Source: Alloascoidea hylecoeti | Lineage: Eukaryota | Direction of reading: 5' to 3' | Length of the DNA stretch: 64,000 nucleotides | Assembly (NCBI GenBank): GCA_001600815.1 | Contig: BCKZ01000020.1 | Span: 212,831 to 276,830, forward strand | Part shown: in pieces, positions 24,522 to 38,321 of the stretch | Position numbering within the stretch: the first letter of the stretch is position 1 | Layout: each line of letters starts with the position of its first letter | Program-made: the position numbers and the translations under genes | Notes under the pieces: generated by a model | Told to the model about the DNA's origin: nothing | Databases searched by the model: none | The model's input: only the letters and a program-made list of their open reading frames with translations

Positions 24522-26385
24522 AATGGAGTTCTGATGGACAAAAAGATATGATACTCAAAAACGAAAAAATGAGCTTATTTGACACCAGACATAAACCCGT
24601 CCACCCCTCGAGCAAAATATACCTTTCCGGTTCATAATTGGTTGGGATTAATATACCAATTATTATTATTGTTTATATTTTGCAATTGTTTCATTACCAG
24701 GCACTTATTATCATTCTTATTATACGTGCATTCACACAGTATTACTTAAATTTTTCCGATCACAAGTGGGCGGTCTGCTGCAATATTACAGCTTTCCCTC
24801 TATATAAGCTTATTCTACTCTAATACTAATATTATACCGGTATATCTCAATGAAATTAGAACATTATTGTTAGATATGGTACTATGTAGACAACTAATTA
24901 TAGCATGCTACTATTTTCTAACGTGAGTGCCTGTGATCGTGCTCAATCTGTTCTAACTTGAACATCTATAGGCATTAATATTTTTTTTTCATAATCAAGT
25001 GTTCGAGTATCTTAGATCTAAGGTTTCGTGCGTTATTTCTCGCAAATCTATAAGTTATATATAATAAGGAAGCAAAAAATCGATGTAATTAATTGTCGTC
25101 GAACCAACTACATAATAGAACCAAGTTTTCACATTCCATTAGTATACTGTATACTCAGCTGCCTTTAAAATTTCATGAAATTTCGTTCTTTTTCCTTCTA
25201 GATATCCTAGTCAGTAACGACTGCACGCAGTCGTTTTATAAGAAGAAATTTTACATAAATATTAATGTAAGGCTTAGAGATGTACGATTTGTTTCCCAAT
25301 TGCAACCTTAATTCATGGAGGTTTGGAGTTTAGAGTTTGAAAAGTTTCTCGCATAAACTGATTAAAATTCATAGCTTCACTGTGCAACAAATTACGGATA
25401 CTGGAGTTATTCGTGGTGTTTCGTTCAAGCTATAACCATATAACTAATTATAATTATAATTATATATGTATGTAAACGGCTAATTAGGAACCTGACTTAA
25501 GCTTAGTACATGTCAACCAGCCTCTTCTTTAATACATAAAACATTACATACCCAATTATAAAACATTTCTAATGTATTATAATCTTCCATGTCAATTATC
25601 TGAGTATAATATTAATATCGATATCTGTATATTAAATACTGTTATAATTATCTTTACCAGGTGAAAAAGGGGTAGATTCAACATTGTTAAATCAAATTAG
25701 TGTATTCGTAGATGTACGAACAAGTTCGTATGAATTCGTAAAGATTTATTTAATTAATATCACGCAAACTACTCGTTTCATAATGAAAGGCATATGCATC
25801 ATTATGCTTCGATATCAAAATCGATATATTATAAATATTCAAGCTTTGAGCATAACCTTTTCTTACAAACCCAGTGAGCCCATAAACGATAGCATAAAAG
25901 ATTCCATAGGCCAGATATAACAATCTATATCAGTTATGAATACTAATTATAATATGAATGATATAGGATAAACTGGAAATTTTAAAGACTGCTTCACCAT
26001 AGTTAAATGATGAAAGTCACCTTTAAATTTATAATGCGTTAAAAAAGTTTCTAATATATGTTAGCCTATCTAGAAATAATACTTTTATAAATTCACACAA
26101 AATCATAAAGCACTCTTTTTCAATATGGATATTTTTTGTTCAGGGTAATGTATATCTATTGGAATTGATATTATCTGTATCTCTAGCCTGCTACATATAA
26201 TCACTTACGGATTTTAAAATGATTTGGCCGCAGCTGAAGCGGCTTTTAGATATTTAAATAGAGGTCCTAATTTCTTGCAATGCACTCCTCTTTGAATATT
26301 CATAATATTTGAAAATTTAAAAATATTTTGTCATTACAACTATTTATTCTCAATATTAAGGAGTAAATTTTGATTCACCAATACC

Positions 26386-26781
26386 CTACTTTTTAAACGC
26401 ATCGACAGTTCTTTTAGCTTCATTAACAGCTTCACCAGCATTTTCTTTATAAGCGCTCGCAGCATCCTTAGCATTTTCTTTTGTCTCAGTATATTTACCT
26501 TTAGCTTTATTTTTGGTTGCTTTTGCTTTATCAGTCGTCTCAGATGTTGAACCAAGCGTTTCATTTATAACATCTTTTGTCTTATTAACCAAGCCTTCTG
26601 TTTTCTCAATTCCTTCTGCTGCAGACTGACCAACTTTTAAGTTTATATCTTGGGCAGCATCGGAAACCTTTGATGCGAATTCACTTGCAGTTGATTTATA
26701 AACAGGTGTCGTTGTTGAAAGGAAAGATCTTGATGAACTTGTTTTATTTCTTAAAATTTGTAGAGATCTTCTTGGAAACAT
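26386..26781 (-). CDS. Small LEA-like hydrophilic protein with a probable mitochondrial targeting peptide
   Basis: 131 aa; an Arg/Ser-rich, acid-free N-terminus (RSFLSTT) is followed by K/E/A/T-rich amphipathic repeats (TTDKAKATKNKAK..AKDAASAYKENAGEAVNEAK). Confidence 0.7.
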   Translation of the reverse strand: MFPRRSLQILRNKTSSSRSFLSTTTPVYKSTASEFASKVSDAAQDINLKVGQSAAEGIEKTEGLVNKTKDVINETLGSTSETTDKAKATKNKAKGKYTETKENAKDAASAYKENAGEAVNEAKRTVDAFKK

Positions 26782-29700
26782 TTTGAATTGAGTTTATGAT
26801 GAGTATATATATATTCGTAAATGCAATTGAAAGATTTAAAAGACTTTGAATATATTTTGAAGGAAAGAAGAAGAATTGAGAAAATAGCTTTCTTATATAG
26901 ATATTTATCTTTAATTATGCCATTAATTACTATCCTGATTTATGTGTGTACTACACTGTGTAGTATTGCTCTATGTTATTTAGAGTTTCATGTTTAGTTA
27001 CGTTTATAATTGGAGATGAGTGTCATGCATAAATAGGTCTATGGGACTCTATACGTAACAATGCATATGAGAGATTGAATAGTCTAGTTCATAATTGTTT
27101 GCTGGTTGATCACTATCGTTGTATATCAGCACATAGTTAGTGTACTGTGATTAGGAGAAAAATGATGAAGTAATTAATAAACTCTGAAAATTGATTAACT
27201 AATATGAAAAACTATCTGTAGCTAATAATTTATTAGCTTCTATTATGTTCACAAATTTTAAATAAAAGTCATCATATTTAAAACTCTTAAGCTTAGCTTT
27301 ATATATGTTTGTGTAAAATCTCATTGCAGTTCTGGAATTCTATCTCACTTTTTATTTAGGTAGAACTTATTCCCTATTTCAATACTATCAACTGTGAATT
27401 TAAAAAGTTAAAGTTCTCTAGATCGTAAATTTATCCTGAGAGATTTACTTATTATATCAGAACATACATGCAGCTCAAGAACAGTGTACTGGTTCTTCTT
27501 TTCTTGAGTTTGAACTTTCGGAAAGTTTCAATCATAAAGATCTTAAAGAGCATCTGTTAGATGAGCTGAATTCCCTCTTCATTTATATTATATGATATTA
27601 GGAATATTATTAAATCGTTTAGATGAACTCTTAGTCCCTAACCCTTATTCCTAACTACATTCATTAATCCTTCTTTATTTCATTAATCTAATTACTAAAT
27701 CTTCAAGTTATATAACCTAAATAATCTGTAATGATTCCACAATATGATATAATAACAGTACAAAATATTAACTACCTGTAATATGATATCTTTGATGCTT
27801 TGCAAAATACATATGCCTTTTACATACAGCTTTATTAGAAAGATCTCTATTTTATACAATTGGATGATGTCACATTTAATTAACTGTAGGCCTATATAAA
27901 GTTTTATTTAAAAGAATATTATAAGTATGAAGTATAATATGGGCTCAAATTATAAATACGTCGAGCTCACCAAACCATGATTAAACACAAATTTATATAT
28001 AAGTTTGAAGGATCTTAAACGCATGAATCGGTTGATGATGATTATCAGTTCAAGGTTAACTTTTGGATTGTAAATGAAAAATTATGGTATAACTATTAAT
28101 TGGGTTAATATTGCTATTGCATGCCGTGGTATGATTTAGTAAATATAACTGAAAATAATCATAGTGAAAACGAAGGAAATTTTGGTCCAGAATATATGCA
28201 TGCAACTGCAAACTAACTGCTAGTTAAGGAGATATAATGGTGTGCAGGTGCATGTAATCAACTAGATGAGGTAACCTTTATAATTGTTACCTTTACGCAC
28301 CTTAACAACTTTCACCCGACCAAAATTTAACCTATAGAATGGACTGATAATCACTAGTCGGAATGGACGAAATTAAGTGATATAACTATAAGCTTATAGG
28401 TGAATTAAAAGTACTATTTGACTTCGACAGATGAATCATATGGTATGACACAGCCCTAACAATTACGCCTAAACCTAGCCATGGGATCCATAGCTGGAAG
28501 TACGTAGCAATATTAATCTAAATAGTTATAATTATGATTACTCATAATAATTGAGAAATATCCACGCTCCTATTGCTTTCCATTTGAGATGATACTTGAT
28601 TACCATATAGTTTTCATGGTTTTGAGGCTCTTTAAAGAATTGTACAGCAGAGTGATGAATAATTATCATAATCAATCTTTCAATCATTAGAGATGGATAT
28701 TGGGGATATTTTTTAATAAGTTTTAAGGATAGTAATAGAATAGTAAAGATTAAATTCTATTAAATTTATAAAAGAAAACGTTAACCAAGATTAACTTTAT
28801 TTCCCAACCTGATTTTATCTTATAGTACAGCCTACAAATGGGGATACATTAAATATTGAGGAGCCCGTTGATCACTAAAAGGATTGAAAAATTAATTAAA
28901 GTTGGAAGAATGTTACTAATCTGTGAATTATTTACTCTTGATTCTGGAGAAGAAGCTTATGACTCTATGAACGAAGTATTAATTGCTTAACTTATGGGAA
29001 AACTAAAATTTTGGGAGATAAAAAAATTGTTGGGTAGATCTGAAATTGTAATTAAGATTAGAAAGGGTCATAATCATCTTTATGTTACTTTGAAAGATCT
29101 GAGAACACGGTTTAGATAAAAAAAATTACATTAGAAGATCAATCGTGTCAAAACCCTCTGAAGAATTTGAACACTATATGCATAGTGAAGAAGGAATATT
29201 AGAGTTTAATGTTTATATGGGTATATTATATTTTGCGTTACAGATTTGTTTTTTTATGATTATCTACACTAGGTAAGTCTTTCAATAAATTTCTAGTATA
29301 GTAATATAAATATTATCTTAAATAAAAACTAGATTTATAATCCAAAGGCTTCTATTTTCTGACCTGATTTCATCTGATTGGAAGGCTTACAAAGCGGAAG
29401 GTACAGAATATTAACTTTTTATTAAGCAGTCAAATATAACCATGTAATACATGCAGAGGTTAGTCGGATCGAAAGAACAAGTTCAATATCAATTGTTGAA
29501 TCATTATATATTTAAGCTAGCTATTTTCTTTTTCTATTACATAACCCATTGTTACAATTAGAGTTATAGAGCTGCTACGGCAGCCGACGGCTTTATTATC
29601 TATATTTGCTACCAGTAGATCAAACTTAACGTTAATATAATGCAGAAAAACAACAAAGAGAGACAACTCAGAGTTTCTCAAAATTTTATAATAGAGCTAA

Positions 29701-30298
29701 TTTTTAATTATAACTATTAAAAATAACAATGATTGTGTCACTTCTAAAAATATATAAGTGCCAATCATTAAAAGTTATATGATCATGATAATACAAATTG
29801 TAATTATAATGGTACCGGCATTACCATATAGAAATTTAGTTTAACTTTATAATATGCTATACTTCAAAGAATATTAATAGCTTGGTTCTAATTCTAGAAG
29901 CTCTATATGATTAGCCGTTAAAATTTTAATTTCAAGTTAAAACGCGATGACCATTATTACAACTTGGACTGAAATTTTACTGAAAACCATTTCTAATTTT
30001 TAGCTCTGGTCATGTCTAGTTCGACAATTGTTGATATTATTAATATCAGTTAACCTTGGCTAAGGATCGCTTAGATTGTAATTGTGAAGTTCCAATTGAC
30101 GAATCAAACCTCCAAGCTTAAGAGTAAAGATTAAAACAACTGCACAATATACCATTGCTATGATCAATATCTATATATATCTTTCATTTGCAACTACAAT
30201 AACAAGTTTATGGTACTAGTTAGGTTAGTAGTTATAGAAGAAAATTCAATATAAAAGTACTTATAATAATTGACAATTTCACTTCAAATTGTGATTCA

Positions 30299-30299
<1 letters not shown>

Positions 30300-30328
<29 letters not shown>
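30300..30328. repeat. (TA)n microsatellite
   Basis: Uninterrupted TA run; similar runs at about 30773-30802 and 38725-38750. Confidence 0.9.
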
Positions 30329-30332
<4 letters not shown>

Positions 30333-30769
30333 ATATTGTATATTATATGAAGACATATAAGTTACCTAATTAGTTTTGTATTACATATGAATTTGAATAA
30401 ATTTAAACCGGTTATTCTGGAAATTCTTGCTATTCATTCAAGCCCAAGTATATTTGTGTTATATGTAATTAGAAACTGCTATGGAAATAAGCTATCAGTT
30501 TACAAATGGATTCGAAGTTTTTCTTCCCTCAAACTTGATCATGAGTTTTCAGCTAGTAATTAATATATTAATATTGCTAAATAAATTTCAAAAAAATATA
30601 GGAACTTGTTAAATCATTAATTAGATATTCGAATTCTGTTTCAAATGAAACAAATTGATTCTAGATTTTTTTTTCTTCTATAGTTACACTAATTAGAGTT
30701 TTGTTAATATAGCAATTTTTATACAATTTACAACTGAGATTTAAATTTCAATTTTCAAATATCAAGAAT

Positions 30770-30806
<37 letters not shown>

Positions 30807-32153
30807 AATAGTCAATGGAATGAAGTACTAGCTATCATATTGATATGACCTTGCAATTAATTTCTCGGTTTATTATGAAATTTATGGTATATTAATTTAT
30901 ATTGATCGCGATATCGATATATCAATATATAATAATTAAGATAATATGCAATAAATTAATATTGCAACATGATGTAATAATATTACTGGAATCATCGTGG
31001 CACAGATATAGCGGAAACATGATCAATACAACAATTACATTGAAATAGGAAATGTGTCCAATAGAGCAAGGCACCGAATTGGTAGATGTAGGTTGACATT
31101 ATGTGCTGGATAACAAGTTGCAGTTTCAATCAGTTGCATTTGAGCCGGAAGATTGAGGAATTGGACTTCAAAATTTGAACTTTGATGTTGTTAATGGGAT
31201 TGATTTGATTTTGTTGTGAAAGCATATGTGCAAATGGTATAGAAATTAAAATTACAAATGCATGTGGTATTATAATTTCATTCCCCGGTTGAGTAACACA
31301 ACTAGTTGTTATTAGTAATAGTACAGTACTAAGAGGAGTATTCAGGGCTCATAATTGAATATTTCAGACTTTCTGGAGTTTATTTTATCAAGAAATCTTA
31401 CATTATTCATCATAATCTAAAATAATTTTATTTATTTTATAGAAAGGAGATTCTCGTAAGTTTAAAACTAAATTATAAGTGTCTTGATTTTGCATAAAAT
31501 AACCCGGAATGGCATGTTCCTACGCGCATTAATCGATTCTATTACATGCAATAAACTGGGATATTCAACTGAATTTCCATTAATTTTCGATGGATTCTCT
31601 CAAATACATTTAGTTTTATTTGCATTTTCCAGTTATTAGTCCCTTATTAAAGTGCTGGCTACAAAATAAGTAATACGTAAAAATACCCCTATAAGTAATA
31701 ATACCCTGAACATCTGCTTACAATATATGCTTAAGACCTACATTTATTACCCGGTTGAAAGGCCAAATGAGACATAAGTATGAGGATATAAATATACTCG
31801 TATGTATAAACCCCAAATTGAAAAGGTTGAAAGTGATAAGATGATTCGAAATCTGTGTATAGATATTTAGTGAAAAAAAAAAAAAGTCCATTATTAGTAT
31901 TAATATTAATATTAATCAAAAAGTAATCATGATCATGATGCTTTGTGTAAATTTTAGTATCATGGTTATTCGATTCGATCAGAAACACAAAAATAAGGCT
32001 GACGTTAAAAAAAAGAATTCATTGTTTTATTACATACATACATCTCCATTTTGATTTATTTATTTATATAAATTCAAGATTCCCTTAAAAAGTTCATTAT
32101 TCCGTTTGTGCCCTCACCTATACTATTTTTATTTTCTTCCAAAACTAATTTAA

Positions 32154-34151
32154 ATGGTTTGTGATAAAAGTGCAAGCTTAAATTTAAGAACTAATGTTTT
32201 GGTTTGGACACAAAACCAAAAAACTACACTTTTCACTCAAATATATCATAATAATCAAACACAAAAGCAAACAACAATAACAAACATACCAGAAGTAGAC
32301 CTCAAAATAAATCATAAACAAGATCCTTTATTGATTTTACCCTTTGAAATAATTTTAAATATAACAAGTTACCTTTCAATAAATGATTTAATTTCATTGT
32401 CATTAGTTTCAATAAATTGGAATACAATATTTACATCTTCAGCAATATGGTTACAACAATACCAAAGTTTATCTATTGATATAAAGAATAAATATCCAAT
32501 ATCAACAATTTTAAAGAAAAATCAAAGTTTAGGTACTTCATTTGATGATTTTTTAACAAGGAACCAAAAAAATGAAAAAAAAGATCTAAAATTAATAAAA
32601 TCAAAATCAATATATCAATATTATTTTGAATTTCTAATAAAATTAAAAAATAATTGGTTAGTCAATAATGTTACAAATCATTGGGATTATAATTTTGCAA
32701 TGCCAAATTCTTTTTTATATTCACAGCAATTACAAGGATTAACAAATCTCAATCGTGATAATGATGTAAATTCAACTACAAATTCACATTCAATTTCACC
32801 ATTATCATCATTTTTACAAACACCTGTTACTTTTATTTATAATTATCATAAACAATTTGGTCCAAGAGCCTTTCATGTATCATCAAGAATAATTATTACA
32901 TTATTTAAAAATGAAATTTATATTTTTAACTCAGTTACTGGAAAATTACAACAAATTTTAAAAACACCATTTGAAAATAGTGATATTTTATCGGTATTTA
33001 ATGATGAATTATTTGCAATTGCATATGATTATAATGATGAATTTGATCATTTTAAATCAGGAATTATGGTTGTTGAATTTTCTAAAAAATTTCAAAATTA
33101 TCAATTTAAACATATTTTGATTTCAAATGATAATTTGAATAATAAAAGAATTAAATCAATTTCAATAAATCAAAAATTTATAATTTCAAATTCTTATGAT
33201 TATTCGATAAATATATGGAATTTAAAAACAGGAAATTTATTATATAAATGGAAATTGTCATACCCAAATATTGATATTAATATAACAACAAAATTAAAAC
33301 CAAAATTAATTGAATCTATACAATTTATAAATTCATCAAATTATATTTTAATTGAAATTAAAAAAGATTTATGTCATAATAATTATGAAATTAGAAATAT
33401 AAAGAATGGTTTATTAATTAAAAAATTTGAAAATCAATCAAGTGGTTTAAAATTAATAAATAAATATTCAAATAATAATACCAAGATAAAGAATGATTTA
33501 GAATCCTTATTTATATATGAATCAATTAAAACTAATATGTTTGAAATATGGAATTTAACAAAATTAAGTAAAATTTCTCAATACAGTATAACTACTACTA
33601 CTACTAATAATAATAATAAACACAAATATAACAGCAACAATCATAATAAAAATACAAACACAAGTTCAAATAGAAGGAGGATTAAAAGTCATAATAATAA
33701 TCATAATTCAAAAAGTTTAAATAATTTTGAAATATTATCTATTCAAGATGATAAAATTTTATTATACAATAATAATTTAAATATATTACAAATTAGAGAT
33801 ATAAAATTTAAAATATTACATATTTTAAAAGATATATCTTTTATAAATAAAAATGAAATTAAATTATTTTATGAATTAGATATTCTAATTATAAGACCTT
33901 ATGTTATTGAATCATCAATTTGGAAAATTTCAACCGGTGAAAAAATTAGAATTATTAAAACTGATAATTTAAGAAATGGAAATGATTTAAATAAAGAGTA
34001 TAATTATTCAAATTTTGAAATGACTCAAAAAGAAAAAGAAGAAAAAGATTTTGATGCTGTCTGGCAATTAGGATCATCTGAAAATGGTATTTCAATAATT
34101 GGAAGAAAAGGAATGGAATTTCGTTTAATAACAACTTCTTTTATACCATAA
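32154..34151 (+). CDS. Divergent F-box/WD40 protein, very AT-rich and N/I/K-rich
   Basis: F-box DPLLILPFEIILNITSYLSINDLISLSLVSINWNTI; WD40 repeat IKSISINQKFIISNSYDYSINIWNLKTGNLL; 665-codon open frame. Confidence 0.8.
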   Translation: MVCDKSASLNLRTNVLVWTQNQKTTLFTQIYHNNQTQKQTTITNIPEVDLKINHKQDPLLILPFEIILNITSYLSINDLISLSLVSINWNTIFTSSAIWLQQYQSLSIDIKNKYPISTILKKNQSLGTSFDDFLTRNQKNEKKDLKLIKSKSIYQYYFEFLIKLKNNWLVNNVTNHWDYNFAMPNSFLYSQQLQGLTNLNRDNDVNSTTNSHSISPLSSFLQTPVTFIYNYHKQFGPRAFHVSSRIIITLFKNEIYIFNSVTGKLQQILKTPFENSDILSVFNDELFAIAYDYNDEFDHFKSGIMVVEFSKKFQNYQFKHILISNDNLNNKRIKSISINQKFIISNSYDYSINIWNLKTGNLLYKWKLSYPNIDINITTKLKPKLIESIQFINSSNYILIEIKKDLCHNNYEIRNIKNGLLIKKFENQSSGLKLINKYSNNNTKIKNDLESLFIYESIKTNMFEIWNLTKLSKISQYSITTTTTNNNNKHKYNSNNHNKNTNTSSNRRRIKSHNNNHNSKSLNNFEILSIQDDKILLYNNNLNILQIRDIKFKILHILKDISFINKNEIKLFYELDILIIRPYVIESSIWKISTGEKIRIIKTDNLRNGNDLNKEYNYSNFEMTQKEKEEKDFDAVWQLGSSENGISIIGRKGMEFRLITTSFIP

Positions 34152-34589
34152 TTATAATGTTGTTTTATTATCTATAGCTACTTATGTTTATGTTTATGTT
34201 TATGTTTATTTTCTTTAATGTTTATATTTAAGTTTTTTTTTATATTTGTTTGAATTTTATGATGTATAAAGAAGATGAATGTTTGTACCATACTACAAGT
34301 TAGTATCTTTGGAAAATAATAGTTTAAGGGAAAATATCTAATAATTTAGCTAGTATGATTTGATCAATTATCAAATTTGTTAAGATTTTAAAATTAATAT
34401 TATTATTAATTAATTAATATACAAATACATGAATCATATGTCATGATTTTATTTCTTTTTTGGTTGTCTTCTTTTTTTCAACTATTTGTGCTCAAGATCT
34501 TTTTATTTAGGATCAATTGTACAAGATCATTTGTTTCTGTTAACTTTAAATTTGGTATAAATGAATACTATTAAGATAATAATTATGAC

Positions 34590-34908
34590 TTAAGAAAATA
34601 GTTTCCCTGCTACTTTTGAAGCAATATGTAAAAATATCACACTGAAAATAAAACCAACGGCTAAGAATAAAACAACCATTGGATCAACCTTGAATCCCTG
34701 ATTTTCATCACTGAATAATTTCATCATTGTTGAACTTGATGGGCCAGAAATTGTTTTCTGTCCTGATGCTTGTTTTTTAGCGGCCGGGGCACGCTGACGA
34801 AGTTGACCTTCTGGAGCAGATGCAGCAGATGAAGACTACAAGGTGTGAACAAAAGTTAGCACATCAGTCAATTATCGAGATGGGTGGAAAACAGAAGCAA
34901 CTTACCAT
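34590..34908 (-). CDS. SBH1: Sec61 translocon beta subunit (82 aa); exon 1 is the ATG only (34908-34906), intron 34905-34836, exon 2 34835-34590
   Basis: Not in the ORF track. ATG|GTAAGT...GCTAAC...TAG is followed by SSSAASAPEGQLRQR...SSSTMMKLFSDENQGFKVDPMVVLFLAVGFIFSVIFLHIASKV, the Sec61-beta signature. Confidence 0.93.
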
Positions 34909-34980
34909 TATTAGTATGAATTGAATATATTGATAGTAAGATGGAAAGAGATGACAAAAGACAGGGTGTTACTACTGTGG

Positions 34981-35014
34981 CCGGGTAACACCATGGGATC
35001 GTTCCAGTCACGTG
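34981..35014. promoter_or_regulatory. Reb1-type site (CCGGGTAA) and Cbf1-type E-box (GTCACGTG) upstream of SBH1
   Basis: Perfect motifs at 34981-34988 and 35007-35014. The same Reb1 octamer lies upstream of CMC2 (601), SEC8 (7875), the F-box/WD40 gene (31747) and BDF1 (53017). Confidence 0.6.
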
Positions 35015-36089
35015 GACTCTGTATAAATTATAATTGTGGTGGAATGGTGCTGGAGAAACAAAAAAACATATTTTAATACCCGAAGGGGCTGGACTTAATT
35101 CATGACCAGGCTTTTCTGATGGGCTTAGCAGCCAACTAGCAAGCTTTAGCTATATATAATTATAAGTTTTGTATACCATCATTTAAAGATTCGAACTTCT
35201 CCAAAAACAAAATAGACCAATCGATAATCCAATCGATATTACAAACCGAAATAGCAGGACTTGTTGAAAATTAAACTCAATTTTAAGGGAAATCCATGTC
35301 TTCATTCATAAATTCTTCCGAATATTATCTCTGTCTCAATCATTCTAGACCTTAAAGGTGCAGATAATCATTCCAACTCCAGGTCTCTCTTTAATTGATT
35401 CTGTCATTAACTTGATCTATATCTAAATTTAGAGAGGAAATGCACATATTTGGTTCCTGTTATAAGACTGTTTCCTCGGGTGATTAGCACTGAAGTCTAG
35501 CGCAGGCTCGAGTGAAGTGGCCGTGTTAAATGTAGTAAATGTAATCAACGCTCTACAGCTAGTTGAGGAGATACCGCTTCGGCTTCGCTGGTGATTCGCG
35601 ATGCCTTTTTCTTCGGGAAAATCGATCAAAATAGGCTTCTGACGTTCAAGCTGTAGTTACATGTTTCAACCAAACTGGAATTCGAAAAGTCGCGGTGGGT
35701 AATTTGAAACTAAATAATGCCAAAAATAGACAATTCTCATAATATGCCAGCATTCGTTTAGATAATTGCGGTAAAAACACGTTTCTACATTACGCCTAGC
35801 GCCTTAATTTTTCAGTAGGCGGTTGTTCATTGCATAGTAATAAGGCTTATCATGCGGCGATGAGCAGTCGTGCATATGCATATGTATACTTTCATAGAGA
35901 TACTACTCCAAAGTATGACCCTCGCAAACCCGTCAAATGTATAAATATGGCCCTCCTCCTTCTTCTTTTCGTTCTCCATCACAGGTTCTCCTTTGTATTC
36001 CTTCCTTAAAACTCGATTCTCTTACCAGTCACTCTTTTCGCATCTAATTGCCCAACTACTTTAATTTAATTAAACCCATTACTACAAAA

Positions 36090-36743
36090 ATGAAATACTC
36101 CGTTGCTATTCTCGCCGCCGCTGCCCTTGTCTCCGCCAAGGTTGTCACTGAAGTTGATACCGAAGTCGACACACAAACCACCTTAGCTACCATCACTTCT
36201 TGTGGTTCCGAAGTCACCAACTGCCCAGCAAATTCAAAGACTACTTCTGCTGTCGAAACATCTGCTACACCATCTTCTGTTGCCCCAGTTGCTAAAACAT
36301 CTTCAACTTCAGTTGCCAAAGTTGCTTCTGCTTCTTCTGCTCCAGTTGTTCCATCTGTTGCTACCGCTGTTGTCACTGAAGAAGAAGCTTCAACCGTCGT
36401 TGCTACCATCACTTCATGTGCTGCTGATGTCACCAACTGCCCAGCAAACTCAAAGGCTACAACTGCTCCAGCTTCTTCTGCTCCAGTTGCCTCTGTTCCA
36501 GTTGCTGCTTCTTCCGCTCCAGTTGAGTCTGCCGCTTCTTCCGTTCCAACATCACTTGCTGCTGTCCCAGCCACATCTGCTGCCGCCTCTGTTTCTATTC
36601 CAGTTGTTTCCGCTTCAGGTGTTGCAAATACCAGCAATTCCAGCAACTCTACAATCGAAGAATACACTGGTGCTGCTTCAATGAACAGTCAATACCTTGC
36701 TGTCGTTGCTGCTGCCGTTATCGGTGCTGCTGCTCTCTTCTAA
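36090..36743 (+). CDS. GPI-anchored Ser/Thr/Ala-rich cell-wall protein with two Cys-containing flocculin-type repeats
   Basis: Signal peptide MKYSVAILAAAALVSA (ATG at 36090); repeats ATITSCGSEVTNCPANSK and ATITSCAADVTNCPANSK; hydrophobic GPI tail; strong codon bias; upstream TATAAA at about 35940. Confidence 0.88.
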   Translation: MKYSVAILAAAALVSAKVVTEVDTEVDTQTTLATITSCGSEVTNCPANSKTTSAVETSATPSSVAPVAKTSSTSVAKVASASSAPVVPSVATAVVTEEEASTVVATITSCAADVTNCPANSKATTAPASSAPVASVPVAASSAPVESAASSVPTSLAAVPATSAAASVSIPVVSASGVANTSNSSNSTIEEYTGAASMNSQYLAVVAAAVIGAAALF

Positions 36744-38321
36744 ATCTTTTGAAGTTATTTTGGAAATTTGAGCTGCAGTCTCTATGATCCTTTGTACTTG
36801 AAAATGTTTGGTGGTTAATAATTTTATGGTCTTGTTCAATAGGCATCAGTGTTGGATATTTAAAGTTAAATGTTCTTTATATAATTTTTTTATATAATAA
36901 AATTGTTTATTTGTAACTGAAGTATTGTTCTTAGATTTTAGTTTTTTGTATACTTTGAATTAAAGTTTTTAATTTATATTTGTTTTTCTTTTTTTTTAAA
37001 AAAAAATTTAAGAGAAAGAAATTGTTCATCAGTAGTATTAATAATAGAGTGAGTTTTAATTTATCAATTAAACGAGATTGTTTCGTGGTTTAAATTTAAA
37101 TCTTACTTTGTTTTTGTTTAATCTAGAAGATAGTTTATCATATTTAAAAATCATTGTTAATGTAGTAGGCATATTGTATTTAATAGATTTAGATATCCAA
37201 TAAAAGTGTATTCAAGTCTATTTTGATATCACTAACATACAGAGTAAACGTGAATACTACATTGAATAGAGAATCATATGGAATCACTTTGGCTCGGAAA
37301 TTCCCCATTTGATACCCAACTGGGTATTCCCTGTGATACTATATAATAACAGAGCAATAAACAATAAGGTAACTTAGCTATAGGATTGAATCTTACTTAA
37401 TTGAAGCATAAATTCTTTATAATTACCTTTTTCGTATTTATGATATCTTGTTACATTTACACTTCGCTCTCGAAAAGTATAAACATAAATTTTGAAATTT
37501 ACTCAAGCGCTACATAGAACATGGAAATATAGGATTTCTCAGTCAATTGCATTTAACTAATATGTGCTGAAAGTTATAACTTATAGATGAGAATACTGAT
37601 TTTTTTTTTTTTTTTTTTTTTACTTTAAAAAAATTGCCCAAATTCAATTAAGTACAGTTGCTAAATTTTAAAAAACCAAGTAAAATGTCTTTTCGATCGG
37701 TTATATATTAATATTGTTTAACTCCTCTAAAAATGACGGGCTTGTTTACCTACTTTACTTTATCGTTGGTTAATAAATTTGTATTTCAAAATTAAAAATA
37801 TCCTCGAAATATCCTACAACACACATACAATTTGATTATGTTAGAACATTTAAACAAGATAAAGGGGTTAGAGTTCGATAAATATCAATTAGCTTTAATT
37901 ACATGTAATTATAAAATTTTGACATCTGCATCCTCCTGCCTATATCACGATCAATTATAAGCTCAATTTCAAATGTCTCCCCACTTTTCAGATATGAGCT
38001 CTAGTTTAGCGGCATATTGTTAATATATATACATCTACAATTTTTTCAATTCAAGGATTTTTTTTTTTTAGTTAACACCTAGGTGGGTCGACACAAATTA
38101 CCATTTATGGAAATTCTTACGAAAATTGGAATTTTTTTCACGAATATATTCTTTTGCTACTGTTACCCGACCATGCCGATATTAAGATCCACTCACCAAC
38201 AACCACCCAGTGCAACCCCACCGATATGCAGAGTTATGCACCGTACCATATGCATATATAAAAGAGGAAACACAAAAATTCAAACATTTTTTTAAAATTT
38301 ACAAAATCATTAATACTTTCA

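Noticed and set aside
27815..27825. GCCTTTTAC (U5 snRNA loop 1 sequence), also at about 16196
   Set aside because: No flanking U5 stem or Sm site is evident.
35857..35865. Perfect PAC motif GCGATGAGC
   Set aside because: A single site in front of a cell-wall gene rather than a ribosome-biogenesis gene; could be chance.
36056..36684. 203-aa antisense and 160-aa alternative-frame ORFs over the wall protein
   Set aside because: Artefacts of biased, low-complexity codon usage.
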